Assembly (NCBI GenBank): GCA_012295275.1
Contig: CM022678.1
Span: 8,928,001 to 8,992,000 of the forward strand
Length of the DNA: 64,000 nt
Direction: 5' to 3'
Source: Chrysomallon squamiferum
Taxonomy: Eukaryota > Animalia > Mollusca
The translations under genes were made by a program, and so were the position numbers. Under the pieces are notes generated by a model. The model saw only the letters and a list, made by a program, of their open reading frames with translations. It did not search any database and was not told the DNA's origin. This document shows, piece by piece, positions 42,704 through 56,659 of this stretch (position 1 is the stretch's first letter; every line of letters begins with the position of its first letter).

Positions 42704-43631
42704 GTATATATAAATATTAAAACATGCACAGACAAAGCTCCATATACATACATATACAGTGAATTGAATTAAATCAAATTAAATACAGTGAAATCAGTGA
42801 AATGAATAAAGTGCTGTGCTGTGCAGAGAAATACAATGAATTACAGTAAATGAAATGAAATACAATACAATACAGTAAATGAAATGAACGAACTGTACTG
42901 AAATAAATGAAATTAAATTAAATTAACTAATGATAAAATACAATAAAATTAAGGAAATAAAATGAAATAAAATACAGTGAAATGAATAAAATGATTCACA
43001 GTGAAATGAAATGAAATGCAATGCAATACAATGCTAAATTAATTTGATTTCGTCTGCGGTATAAATGGCTTTTTAACAGTAAGTAAAAAATCATGAAAAT
43101 AATTAAATCACAACCCATCCCATTTGAATCATATCAACCTTCATTTTACATGTAAATTTTATAATATTGTTTATACAAGTCTGAATATTATTTTAATTTA
43201 ATAATATTTATTATATTTTTTCTTCAGGATCCTTTATCAAAAGCTTGTTTTGAGAATGAAAGAAAAGTGAGAAGTGACATTGATTTTAAGTGATTTGTTG
43301 TGTTTATCTCCCAGTTCTTCAAGTTTTCTCACCGTACTGAACAAACTAAACAGAAGATAAATCCACAACAAATATGAAGAACTGAATTCTTGAAGAATAT
43401 TGAGAGCTGTTAGAAAGTTCCACACCAAAAGTCATATTTTAAAAACAGTTACTTGTTATGTAGACTGCACTTACTGAAGAATTTATAAATCTGTGAAACT
43501 GTGATTTCAGATTCAAAGTGTCATTCATGCAAGATACAGTCAGACATAGACCAGTGGACAGAATGTTTGGACCAGACAGTCAAGTGTGTGAAAAAGAAAT
43601 TATTTAAAAAATGACTGATGTAGAAATCCTT

Positions 43632-43831
43632 NNNNNNNNNNNNNNNNNNNNNNNNNNNNNNNNNNNNNNNNNNNNNNNNNNNNNNNNNNNNNNNNNNNNN
43701 NNNNNNNNNNNNNNNNNNNNNNNNNNNNNNNNNNNNNNNNNNNNNNNNNNNNNNNNNNNNNNNNNNNNNNNNNNNNNNNNNNNNNNNNNNNNNNNNNNNN
43801 NNNNNNNNNNNNNNNNNNNNNNNNNNNNNNN
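43632..43831. other. Assembly gap (200 N)
   Basis: Run of N. Confidence 1.
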
Positions 43832-43960
43832 TGTTTGTTTTCTTTCTACCGCTTCTATCTCCCATATTGTTTTTTCATTCTGACACTTCATATCTCATAT
43901 TCCTCTTCTATCTCTCGTTCTCTCATCCTACACGAATATTATCTTGTATGCTTGTGTGTT

Positions 43961-44077
<117 letters not shown>

Positions 44078-44303
44078 ACTGTATTATTGTGTACCGAATA
44101 AATCATTGTGTAAATAAAATGTATCCTATATGAATTTATATATGCATGTATGTATACATTTAGGAATGAATATGCTGTGTCTTATGTATGTCTGATTCTA
44201 ATCTGGAGCGCACTAGCACAGAAGTGCACTCACAAAGTCTGATGTCGCTGACGAGACTGGAAAGTGTGACATCCATTCCCCCGCACTTCTTAGACAGACG
44301 ACG

Positions 44304-44538
44304 ACATCACTCGACCACTGAGACAACATCACTCGACCACTGAGACAACATCACTCGACCACTGAGACAACATCACTCGACCACTGAGACAACATCACTC
44401 GACCACTGAGACAACATCACTCGACCACTGAGACAACATCACTCGACCACTGAGACAACATCACTCGACCACTGAGACAACATCACTCGACCACTGAGAC
44501 AACATCACTCGACCACTGAGACAACATCACTCGACCAC
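44304..44538. repeat. Perfect 22-bp minisatellite (~10.7 copies)
   Basis: Unit ACATCACTCGACCACTGAGACA, contiguous with no spacers. Confidence 0.97.
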
Positions 44539-44641
44539 GAGTGTACTCATCACTTGCTTTTTTTTTTTTTTTTTTGTCGTTATTTATTTTTTTTTTTCTT
44601 TATTGGAAAGCAACCCTGTGACAATTAGCAGAATGTTTTAC

Positions 44642-46193
<1,552 letters not shown>

Positions 46194-46205
46194 ATTTATT
46201 TATGT

Positions 46206-46236
<31 letters not shown>

Positions 46237-46662
46237 AATTTGAATAATAAACTTGCTCGAATCCGGTTTCTGATATCATTAACCAGCACTAATAAGATAA
46301 AAAAAAAAAAAAAAAAATAAAAATATTATGATGTTTTAAGACAACACACACACACACACACTGGAAAAATAAATCATGTCTGAAATAGAATGACGAACTG
46401 TATGATACTGGATCTGCTTAAAAGAAAAAAATATGTAACAACTATTAGACATAAAAACCAGTTGGCATTTAGCTGTGTATACACAATGACACGACAATCT
46501 TCATACCCAACTTGTTCAGTTTAACATTCTGTTTGTTTACCGAGGCGAAACACACTTGACTTTGTTTAGTCACGTTTTGAATATACGCAGTCAAAAATAT
46601 ATTACAAATTAATTCAGTTACAAACAAAAAGGAAAGAAGTACAAATGTAAATTAAAAACAAA

Positions 46663-46985
46663 TAATAATAATAATAAAAAACAAAACGTAATTAACAAAT
46701 CTATTATTAATATTAGTAGTAGCATGAGTTTGGTGATAATGATTGTAATAGTTTTCGTATTAGGAGCAATAGTAGTAGTCGTTGTTGTACAGTCAATGTA
46801 CCTTTCAAAAAATAATAATAATAATAAAAGAAACAAAACGTAATTAACAAATCTATTATTAATATTAGTAGTAGCATATGTTTGGTGATAATGATAGTAA
46901 TAGTATTCAGTATTAGGAGCAATAGTAGTAGTTGTTGTTGTACAGTCAATGTACCTTTCAAAAAAACAAACATAATAATAATAAA
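46663..46985. repeat. 152-bp tandem duplication
   Basis: CGTAATTAACAAATCTATT... at 46687 and 46839; both copies end TACAGTCAATGTACCTTTCAAAA. Confidence 0.9.
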
Positions 46986-47157
46986 AGAAAAATTCATTAC
47001 GCAAGATAAAATGGAAACATACGTTAGCAGATGATGTTTATTCGGTTCCGGTCAATCCACCGTGTTTGTGATTTTTATCAAACTCATATCCTGAATATCT
47101 TTAACAAAAAAACAAACAAAAACAGTTAACGGTAAAATGACATATAGTAAGCACACA

Positions 47158-47628
47158 CAGGGTCGGCGCTGTCATACAGGCAAACAGTTTTGAAAAATAA
47201 ATAAATAAATTTAATTTTTATTGACGGTCGCTTTTCATCCTGGTTTATTTTATACAGGGACAAATAATCGGGTAGATTCAGTCTGACCGAAACAAACAAA
47301 ATAAGTGAGTGAAAATCGTGCGTACATGAAATTTTCCAAACGTAATTAGGTTTGCAGGCCACGAGTTTTTCCGTAGAATCACGCGTATACGAAATCTTCA
47401 CTTTGTCGCGAAATCAAACTAAAAGTGGTGCACCTTATTTTAATGGTATAAGCAAGGAAAGAAATGGCCGGTGTGGGATATTTAAATGTCCGTAATAGAA
47501 AAATATTGTGTCTAGAGATCGCATTGGATATTACAAAGAAATGTTTTAAAAGTTTGAAATTGATATGTTCCTGGGGGTGACCGAATCTAACCTTGCCTGG
47601 GACGCCAGACAGTCTGACGCCGGCTCTC
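47158..47628. mobile_element. ~470-bp non-autonomous hAT-type element
   Basis: Ends CAGGGTCGGCG ... CGCCGGCTCTC (8/11 inverted match; CAGGGCCGGCG-type terminus), flanked by an 8-bp TSD AGCACACA/AGTACACA (7/8). Confidence 0.65.
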
Positions 47629-47752
47629 AGTACACAACAATAAGCGCACGCAGCCAGAATTTAACTCAGCACGCACCTGATATTGAAAAGAAATATATTT
47701 CTATCCTCGCTGAACGACAACAATCAGCTGATCACATGACTCAGAACCACCG

Positions 47753-48857
47753 CGTGACAATGTCTGACGTGCTTGTTATCATCATCTATTGTCGTGTTTA
47801 GAACACAATGAGAGGGATTAGTAAATTCAAACGAAGTATCGTCATGGTATAATACCACACTCATCCACTAGATAAATAAAACGCCAACAGCTTAAGTGTA
47901 TTAATGTAGAAACATATTTTATAATAATACAAAAAAAAAAGTATTCTTTACGGGTTTTGGGAAAGCTAATTTAAAAAACGGAATCAGTCAACTGAAGCCT
48001 ATTAAGAGCAGAATAAATGTACAACTATTCGTTTAAAGTTGCGCGCGCGTTTTTGTCAAACATATACGCCTTTAATAACAAAGACTGCAAAATTTCTCAA
48101 CAATAAAAACAAATCTAACCCACTGTCAAACGCATATCAAAATAAGGCCAAAGTTTCGAGGTCCGGTGACATCCATTCGATAAAAGGGTTCGCCGGATTG
48201 TGCAAAGATTACAAGTTATTAGATTACTGAAGATGTCAATGAAAACATCGAATTCAAAGAGCAAGAGAAGCCAGCCTAGACTGACACATTTTAAACTGCG
48301 TGACAATGTCTGACGTGCTTGTTATCATCATCTACGGTGTTTAAAAAACAATGAGATGGATTAGTAAATTCAAACGAATTATCGTGATTAATACTACACT
48401 CATCCACTAGAAAAATATCTCGCGAACAGCTTAAGTTTATTAATTTAGAAACATATTTTATAACAATACAAAAAAAAAAAAAAAAAAAAATATATTCTTT
48501 ACGGGTTTTGGGAAAGCTAATTTAAAAAACGGAATCAGTCAACTGAAGCCTATTAAGAGCAGAATAAATGTACAACTATTCGTTTAAAGTTGCGCGCGCG
48601 TTTTTGTCAAACATATACGCCTTTAATAACAAAGATTATACAAAGACTGCAAAATTTCTCAACAATAAAAACAAATCTAACCCACTGTCAAACGCATATC
48701 AAAATAAGGCCAAAGTTTCGAGGTCCGGTGACATCCATTTCATAAAAGGGTTCGCCGGATTGTGCAAAGATTACAAATTATTAGATTACTGAAGATGTCA
48801 ATGAAAACATCGAATTCAAAGAGCAAAAGAAGCCAGCCTAGACTGACAAATTTTAAA
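47753..48857. repeat. 546-bp CpG-rich tandem duplication
   Basis: CGTGACAATGTCTGACGTGCTTG starts at 47753 and 48299. The shared peptide TAKFLNNKNKSNPLSNAYQNK appears in ORFs 48039 and 48568. A short third piece sits at ~46014-46062. Confidence 0.95.
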
Positions 48858-49419
48858 GTTTTGTTTGTTACGTAAAACTCGTCATAGGTAATTATCTTAA
48901 TTCTAAAAGTTTAAAACTTTCTATGTTTTCTATAAAAAAAAACGAAGTTTATTTACTTATTATAATTACTAACACCCACACACACACAGTTTTTTCTAGC
49001 GTTTATAGTTGCTTTATATTGTCTCTATTTTATATATAGACTTCACAATGTTAAGGTTATCCACATACAAACATTATTACTTTATTAAGATTATCTACAG
49101 CTAGTATTAGAAGAGAAATGTATCTACTGAAAACAGTTTCAAAGACATCCGTTTTTAATCTATAACAAAGGCAACCTTTAATATCTGCTACCATAAAATT
49201 CTCGTTTTGTTTTAGCTTTTCGACGTTAGAACCTAACCCCATATTATGGTGATTATTTCCTTTAGCTGATAAATTTTCGATTATGTCCCCTCTTCTGATG
49301 TTCTGATATATGCTCATGCATGTGTTCTTGCTGTATTGGACATTTTAAAATTCTTTTGATACGACTGAGAAAATGTGATATGTTTTCAGTGTATATTTTA
49401 TATAATAGTCAAATAAAAA

Positions 49420-49452
<33 letters not shown>

Positions 49453-51675
49453 TTTACACCCACACACGCGCACACACACATGTATATTCAAACTCTATTG
49501 TTAAAAATTATGAGTTTCTACCTTGATTTGATCCTCAAATAGGACTGACATCTACTGCAATGTCCTAACTCCATTATAATGCTAAAGCATCCTTAAAATC
49601 TATCTATTTATAACACACATACACAAACACACACAGAAATGAAACAAATCTGAAATGTACTGATCATTATATCCAGCAACAGAAAACACCCACATTATAT
49701 ATTTCTACGCAGTGTTTATAGTATTCCCTGAATATGTACATATCAACAAAAAAAATAATAATAGAACCAGTATTACAGTACTCCCTCGATTACTTATGCT
49801 ATTGTTATTTTCATTACCTCTTACTATTATTAATATTGCAACTACTATTTCTATTACTACTACTAGTAGTACTATTAATTTTATTACTATTTCATCTATT
49901 AGTTTGCTTCTATTATTTCAGCTGTGACCAGTGCAACATTGTCTGTATCACTACTTCCACAATCACATCTATTACTTCTACTATTATTTCAAAACTATAT
50001 AAATAAAAAAATATTCCTAACTCTTAGGAATCTGTTTCTCAAGTCTGATGTAATGAAAAACAGAAAACAAAATAATTTGAAATATTTATTTGAACAAGAA
50101 AAAGAAAAGATCAACATCAAAACTACTTTTGCATATAAAAAAGATAATTTTAGAAAAGCCTCAACAAAATCCTTAATAAATAATTTAGAGAAATATGATA
50201 TAAGATGTATCTGAACTTTCAAATCAAAAATTATTTAAAATGTTTAAAAAGGTTTAAGGTGCTGAGAATGCTACAAAACAAGATTTCTAATTCAATAAAA
50301 GAATATTAATAATTTTTTTTTAAAAATACCAAGACATTTGGTTAGAAAAAATATAAAAATTACTAAACAACTTGACATACAATGTAATCTGCAAAGTAAT
50401 CATTAAAAAAATATCTTCCAAACAACAGATCTTCTTCCATTTTATGTTTTATTAACAAACATTTTCATAAATCTTTACCACTACTTTAATTAAAAAAAAA
50501 CAATAATAATAAAATTATCTCCCTTATGCTCTATACAATTTGTATTTTTTTAAAACAGTAAATCAAGGATTTCTACATCAGTCATTTTTAAAAATAATTT
50601 CTTTTTCACACACTTGACTGTCTGGTCCAAACATTCTGTCCACTGGTCTATGTCTGACTGTATCTTGCATGAATGACACTTTGAATCTGAAATCACAGTT
50701 TCACAGATTTATAAATTCTTCAGTAAGTGCAGTCCACATAACAAGTAACTGTTTTTAAAATATTACTTTTGGTGTGGAACTTTTTAGAAATTCTCAATAT
50801 TCTTCAAGAATTCAGTTCTTCATATTTGTTGTGGTTTTATCGTCTGCTGTTTCTTCTGTTTAGTTTGTTCATTAAAGTGAGAAAACTTGAAGAACTTGGA
50901 GATAAACACAACAAGTCACTTAGAATCAATGTCACTTCTCACATTTTCTTTCATTCTCAAAACAAGCTTATGAAAAAGAACCCTGAAAAAAAAAAAAAAA
51001 ACTATTATTAAAATTAAAATAATATTCAGACTTGTATAAACAATATTATACAATTTACCATGTAAAATGAAGGTAGATATGATTCAAATGGGATGGGTTG
51101 TCACTTAATTATTTTCATGATTTTTTTACTTACTGTTAAAAAGCCATTTATTCCATGGACAAAATCAGTTTAATTTAGCATTGTATTGCATTTCATTTCA
51201 TTTATTTCATTGTGAATCATTTCACACATTACATTTTTTTTATTTTTTATTTCATTTCATTCCATTCATTTTATTATATTTTATCATTATTTTATTTTTT
51301 TTTTTTTTCAGTTCAGTTCAGTTCAGTTCAGTTCAGTTCAGTTCAATTATTGTACTGTATTGTGTTGTGTTGTGTGGTGTATTGTATTTCATAGTATTTC
51401 ATTTCATTTATTTTATTTTATTGTATTGCACTGTATCACACTGCATTTCATTTCAATGTATATCCTTTCATTTTATTGATTTCACTGTATTTGATTTGAG
51501 TTAATTAAATTCACTGTATATGTATGTATATGGAGGTTTGTGTGTGCATGTTTCATGTGTGTGAATATTTGCATGTGCATGTTTGAATGAATTTGCATGT
51601 GCATGTGTTGATGTGTGTGAATCTTTGCTTGTGCATCTGTTGATGTGTGTGTGATATACTAATATTTATATCTAC

Positions 51676-54068
51676 CTCTAGAAGTAATTTTGTCAGTTTC
51701 CCATTTATAACCATCCATACAGTTACATGTGTAGACTCCATCTTAGTAGTTTTAGTTCTGAGTGTAAATATTTTTGAATTACATTCATTTATATCTGAAA
51801 GAGAGAAACAGATAAATTATATCTCAATCATTAACAACAATTAAACTTTCTCATACATTTTGACAAGTTTCTAAAATTACTCAAATATCATTTACACAGA
51901 AATTATTTCTAATATATGGATTAACTGAAATTTAAAATTCATAAGTTCTGAGCATTTCTAAAATTAATCAAGTTTAAGTTACACAGATGTAACTATTAAT
52001 AAAAATAAAAATTATTCATAAATTCTGACAAGTTTCTGAAACAGTATTAACTGCTTTGAAATTTTTCTTAATTCCAGAACTAAGAATTTTAACTTAACTA
52101 TTTGAATAGCACAAAAGCTACTAATGCATACATAAGTTGCAAACTGATTGCTGAATATATAATGAGCATGACATTATTAATAAAAAAAAAAAAAAAAACA
52201 CCAGGTAATGGTAGAAATGCTGACCATTCAGATTCAAAGAGATAACACTTACACTGGAAATATGAATAAACTAAGAATGCTTGAAGTGAACAATTTAACC
52301 TGAGAACCAGATAGAACTGACTCACCTGAGCATGTTTTGTTGTCTGAATTCAAGGTAAACATTTCTACACAAACACTGCTCCACTGTGTCATGCACCCTG
52401 CAGCCCTGTTCACACGAACTGTTCACTGCAGCACTGTCACAACTGAACATAAAATATTTTTATAACTTTATTATATTTTGTCACAACTAAAATAAAATAA
52501 TTAACAATTTAATAACATTCTGACACAAATGAAAATAAAATAGTTTATAATTTTATCAAATTTTGTCAAATTTAAAATAAAATTAAAATATTTTATAATT
52601 TGTAACCACTGTGACAAGAACAAATGTAGCTTTTCTCAGTCAGTTTAGTACAAGAATGATAACAAACACTCATTGATTTAAAAATTTTCTTTTGAATGAA
52701 AAAAATGTGACAGTTTTTAGGGAGTGAATGGATGAATGAATGAATGAATGAATAAATATCTGTTTAATAATAGTTTAATTATTAGTTGTAAAACATGATT
52801 TTTATTTTTATGTTTATTTACTTTTGTTGGTAATGTTCCTAAAAATTAATTTGACTCAAACTGCAAAAATAAAGTTAGCTGGTACCAAACAGGGTTTGTT
52901 TTTGTTTCTTTTTTGTTGTTTTTAACAATGTTAATTTCTTAGTCACTGAAACCTGATTTTCTGTGTTAAATAAACATTCTTTTAATTTTGAATAAAAAAT
53001 TATTAACAAGTATAAAATGATATTTTTTTTATTATTTTATTTATTTATTATATTTTAATGCAGAAAAAGTTAATTTTGTGACTGAGATATTAATTAACTC
53101 ATTTCTATGTAATTTTTCAATTTTAAAACATCCATTCTGTTTTCTTTGGTAATTAAAATCACAAAAATATGTACAAAATTCATCAATCATTTGTATCATT
53201 TAACTATTTCATAAATAATAAGAAATCATTTCTAACATGTAACTGTTTATTAAATAATAAGAAATAATTTTTTAACATATAAATATTTATTAAATAGAAA
53301 GAAATCATTTCTAACATATAAACTATTTATTAAATAATAAGAAATCATTTTTAACATGTAACTATTTATTAAATAATAAGAAATCATTTGTTTATGTAAC
53401 TGTTTATTAAATAATAAGAAATCATAACATTAACTGTTTATTAAATAAAACATTATAATTTCAACTTGTTACCAAATTTTTAATATTGAGTAATTAACTA
53501 TTTATTAAGTTTATCCTACTCACCTACACATTCATCTGACAAGTTGTGATATCCTGTCTTACACTCAAATGATAGGAGACTGGCAGGTTTTTGCAGTTGC
53601 TGTTTGCTTGACATGAAACTGTTGAAACACTACATTCATCTCTGTTGTTTTCACATCACACACCACCCAGCCAGCTTTACACTGACAATGGTCTGAGAGG
53701 GAAAAATAAAATTTAATTTGAAAATAAATAAATTAAATTAAAATCAATTTTTTGTGTTAGTATTTATTATAAAACAAAATTTATAAAATTATATTAAAAG
53801 TATAATCTAAATATCATGAAAATTTCTAATTTTACAGAATAAGTTGCTTCAGATTTCAAAATATAATTATGTTTTTAAAATATTTAAAAATTTATTTTTA
53901 CATTATTGTATTTTGTAATGAGAAATTCTGCTTACTAACACATGTTGTCTGGTCATTTTCAAGTTTCTTCCCAGCCAGACAGGAACAAGTGAATCCACTG
54001 ATTCTGTTAGTACAAGTATCAGTATACTTAGTAATACTGACATCAGTTGATGTACACTCATTTATATC

Positions 54069-54123
<55 letters not shown>

Positions 54124-54346
54124 GTAAAAAGCTTATTTGAATATTTGTGAAACCAAGGACTTTTTCATCTGAGACAAGACAGGCAGCCCTTGCACTTTTT
54201 GCTTTGATAGGTACACTACAGTTCAAAAAAAAAAAATACTAACCTTTCTCATACTTTTTTCAAGTGGTAACCATAGTGACATAAACTGCCTTCAGCTTTA
54301 TGAGAAATCTGTTCCCATGTCAAACCCTGACTTCTACATTCTCAGT
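51676..54346 (-). pseudogene. Decayed EGF/cbEGF exon array, mirror copy
   Basis: Exons at ~54244-54346, 53936-54067, ~53524-53692 (keeps the ECV-G|GTGAG donor), ~52325-52443, and 51676-51794 (DINECNS...DGVYTCNCMDGYKWETDKIT). Confidence 0.82.
53200..53450. repeat. ~39-40-bp AT-rich tandem repeat (~6 copies)
   Basis: Unit AGAAATCATTTCTAACAT(G/A)TAACT(G/A)TTTATTAAATAATA. A more degenerate counterpart lies at 40970-41230. Confidence 0.8.
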
Positions 54347-56430
54347 CTGAAACAAAAGTAATTTATTATTTTAAAAATGATTTTTGACTTGTTTCTTTTT
54401 TCTTCATTTTTTTAATCAGTTTTTTGTTTACCTCAATTTAATATTAATATAAACAACATTTAAAACAGCATCAGTTCAAAAATGATAATGACTTTTTTTT
54501 ATCATTTAAAAAATTAAATAAACAAACAATAATTATAGAATTAATTAATGATAGATATAAATCACTGTCTTTTCACTGTTAACTCATTGTTCACTTAAAC
54601 ATACCTAATTAATAGTAACAAAATTAAAATAATATTAATATTAAAACATTCTCAGGTGGCATTAAGTAATTTATAAAATCTTGTAGTAAACTGAATTATT
54701 TGTCCATTATACCCAGCATCTGTTTACAAACATGTTGAGCACATCTCAGTGTCTGAGTCTGTACAAGTTTCTCTTAACTGCCAGGACTGGAGAAGTCATG
54801 TTCTTCACTGAACGCTGCACTACACACATGGTCAAGTGGTCAACCTTGGTCTTTTTTCTGGTCAGCAGAAGGCTTGTTTATCCTGTAGAGAGAAAAATTA
54901 CATTTATCATTGACAAGCCTAATAAATAAATTGCAGTTAAAAAAAAAAAAAAAAAAAAAAAAAAAGTTATATATTTTATCATTTATCATTTGCAAACAAA
55001 AAACAAAAAATAAAAAAATAATTTATAAGTTGCCTAAAATATTAAATTTATAAATTATTTATTCAGAATTTTTGAGAATTAATTCCGACCAAAGTTCCGT
55101 TTCGGCGACTGAGATGGTGAAAAGGTTATGGGGAAGTCGCCTTTTTTTCTATAAGATATAACACAAGAGTCAGTATTAATCTCAAATATTTATTTCATAT
55201 AAAAGGTTTGCTAGTAGTTCGATAAAGTGGACTTATCGGCTTACCTTAATTTGCCAACATCGGTTTATAAACACTAACTTTCTAGACCGGATAGCATGGC
55301 GTCAACTGTAGTCTTGATAAACCAAACCACGAGTCTCGCTGACCCAGTATTGTTATGTGATCGTGACCGTTCGGATCATCTCGGTCGAATAGACGGAGAC
55401 ATTCGAGTCCTCTGTATATATGCAACAGAATCCGTTCTCCTGAGAAAAAGGCCTGGTAGCAAAAAATATTAATAATAATTAAAAAAAAAAAAAAAATAAA
55501 TAAAATAAAATACAATCATATATCTATTTCATTTAAACTTTAATTTTTAACTATGAGGAAGTGTTTTTGTTTTGTGGTGGTGGTTTCGGGGGGTGGGGGT
55601 TGCTTGTTTTTTAAGAATAGATATGACTGCTTTTTATCCCTTTTTTTATTTTATCTTTTTCTGTTGCTTTTTTCTTTTTTAATTTAACTTTATTTTATTT
55701 TATTTTATTAATTTTTTTTTTTTATTTATTTATTTCTAACATTTCTTTATTCTTTTTCAAAAATTATTATCGTAATTATTTATTTATTAATATTAATAAT
55801 ATGTATAATTATTATGGTTATTTTTCTTAATTTCATTTTTAGCTCAGAAATGAATACATTATAATTGTCCTAATTTGTAAAATCTGAGTTAATTGTAAAT
55901 ATATACTTGAGATAATCTGACAGAGAATTACTTCTAACACCACAAGTTATATCTGGCTGCGACAATAGACAGGAAATCACATGTTGGTCTGAAACCAGAA
56001 TAAATTTCTACAAATTTTATAATAATTTTTGTGAGAATAAACAAATTAATGACTTCTTAAATACTAAATAAAATTAGGTTAAGGCCAGACCAGTCTCGAT
56101 AAACCACGATGTTTCGAACATAAACGGATTCGAAGGTATGCTACGCTTTTCAAACCAGTATGAACTGATGTTTGACAGCCAGTTTATTTTTTTTTTTAAT
56201 TCGGTAACGTGTTACTTGTTGATTATTCAATTTAATAGAATTTTGGAAATATTTCACGAGAATCCAAATGGATTCGGATGTTTTATGTTTGTGCGAACCA
56301 AGCGTGAATCTGATTTGGAGATATGCGCATATTTTCAGCCATGGAACGAGGTAAACATCATGTAATGTGTATGTGTGAGACAAAGTTAGAAACAGAGAGA
56401 TATTCACCGTATAAACTATAATCGTTCTGT

Positions 56431-56519
<89 letters not shown>

Positions 56520-56659
56520 GACAATTTCATATATAAATAAATTCACAAACGATAATAAGAAGAGAAAAATGCATTATCTGACAAATGTAGATTTATAACA
56601 AAAATATCATGTTCTTCCAAAAAATAATAAACATTGTCTTTACTATTCAGTCTTTTGGC

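Larger units (their letters stand above)
34490..43631. repeat. Left arm of large inverted segmental duplication (ends at the gap)
   Basis: Reverse-complement match to 50565-61795, e.g. ORF 39523..39720(-) vs 54732..54929(+), 40379..40588(-) vs 53869..54150(+), 38267..38482(+) vs 57327..57578(-), and 43500-43631 vs 50565-50700. Confidence 0.95.

Noticed and set aside
43521-43891. ORFs spanning X runs
   Set aside because: Artefact of the N gap.
44238-44270. Hammerhead ribozyme core (CTGACGA...GAAA)
   Set aside because: Only 5 nt lie between the motifs, so stem II cannot form, and stems I and III are not evident.
44304-44538. CRISPR-like array
   Set aside because: The units are contiguous and identical with no spacers, there are no cas genes, and the context is eukaryotic.
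49057-49317. Possible L1 reverse-transcriptase remnant (…SLLILAVDNL)
   Set aside because: The diagnostic RQG.P.S and YADD motifs are not visible, so support is too weak.
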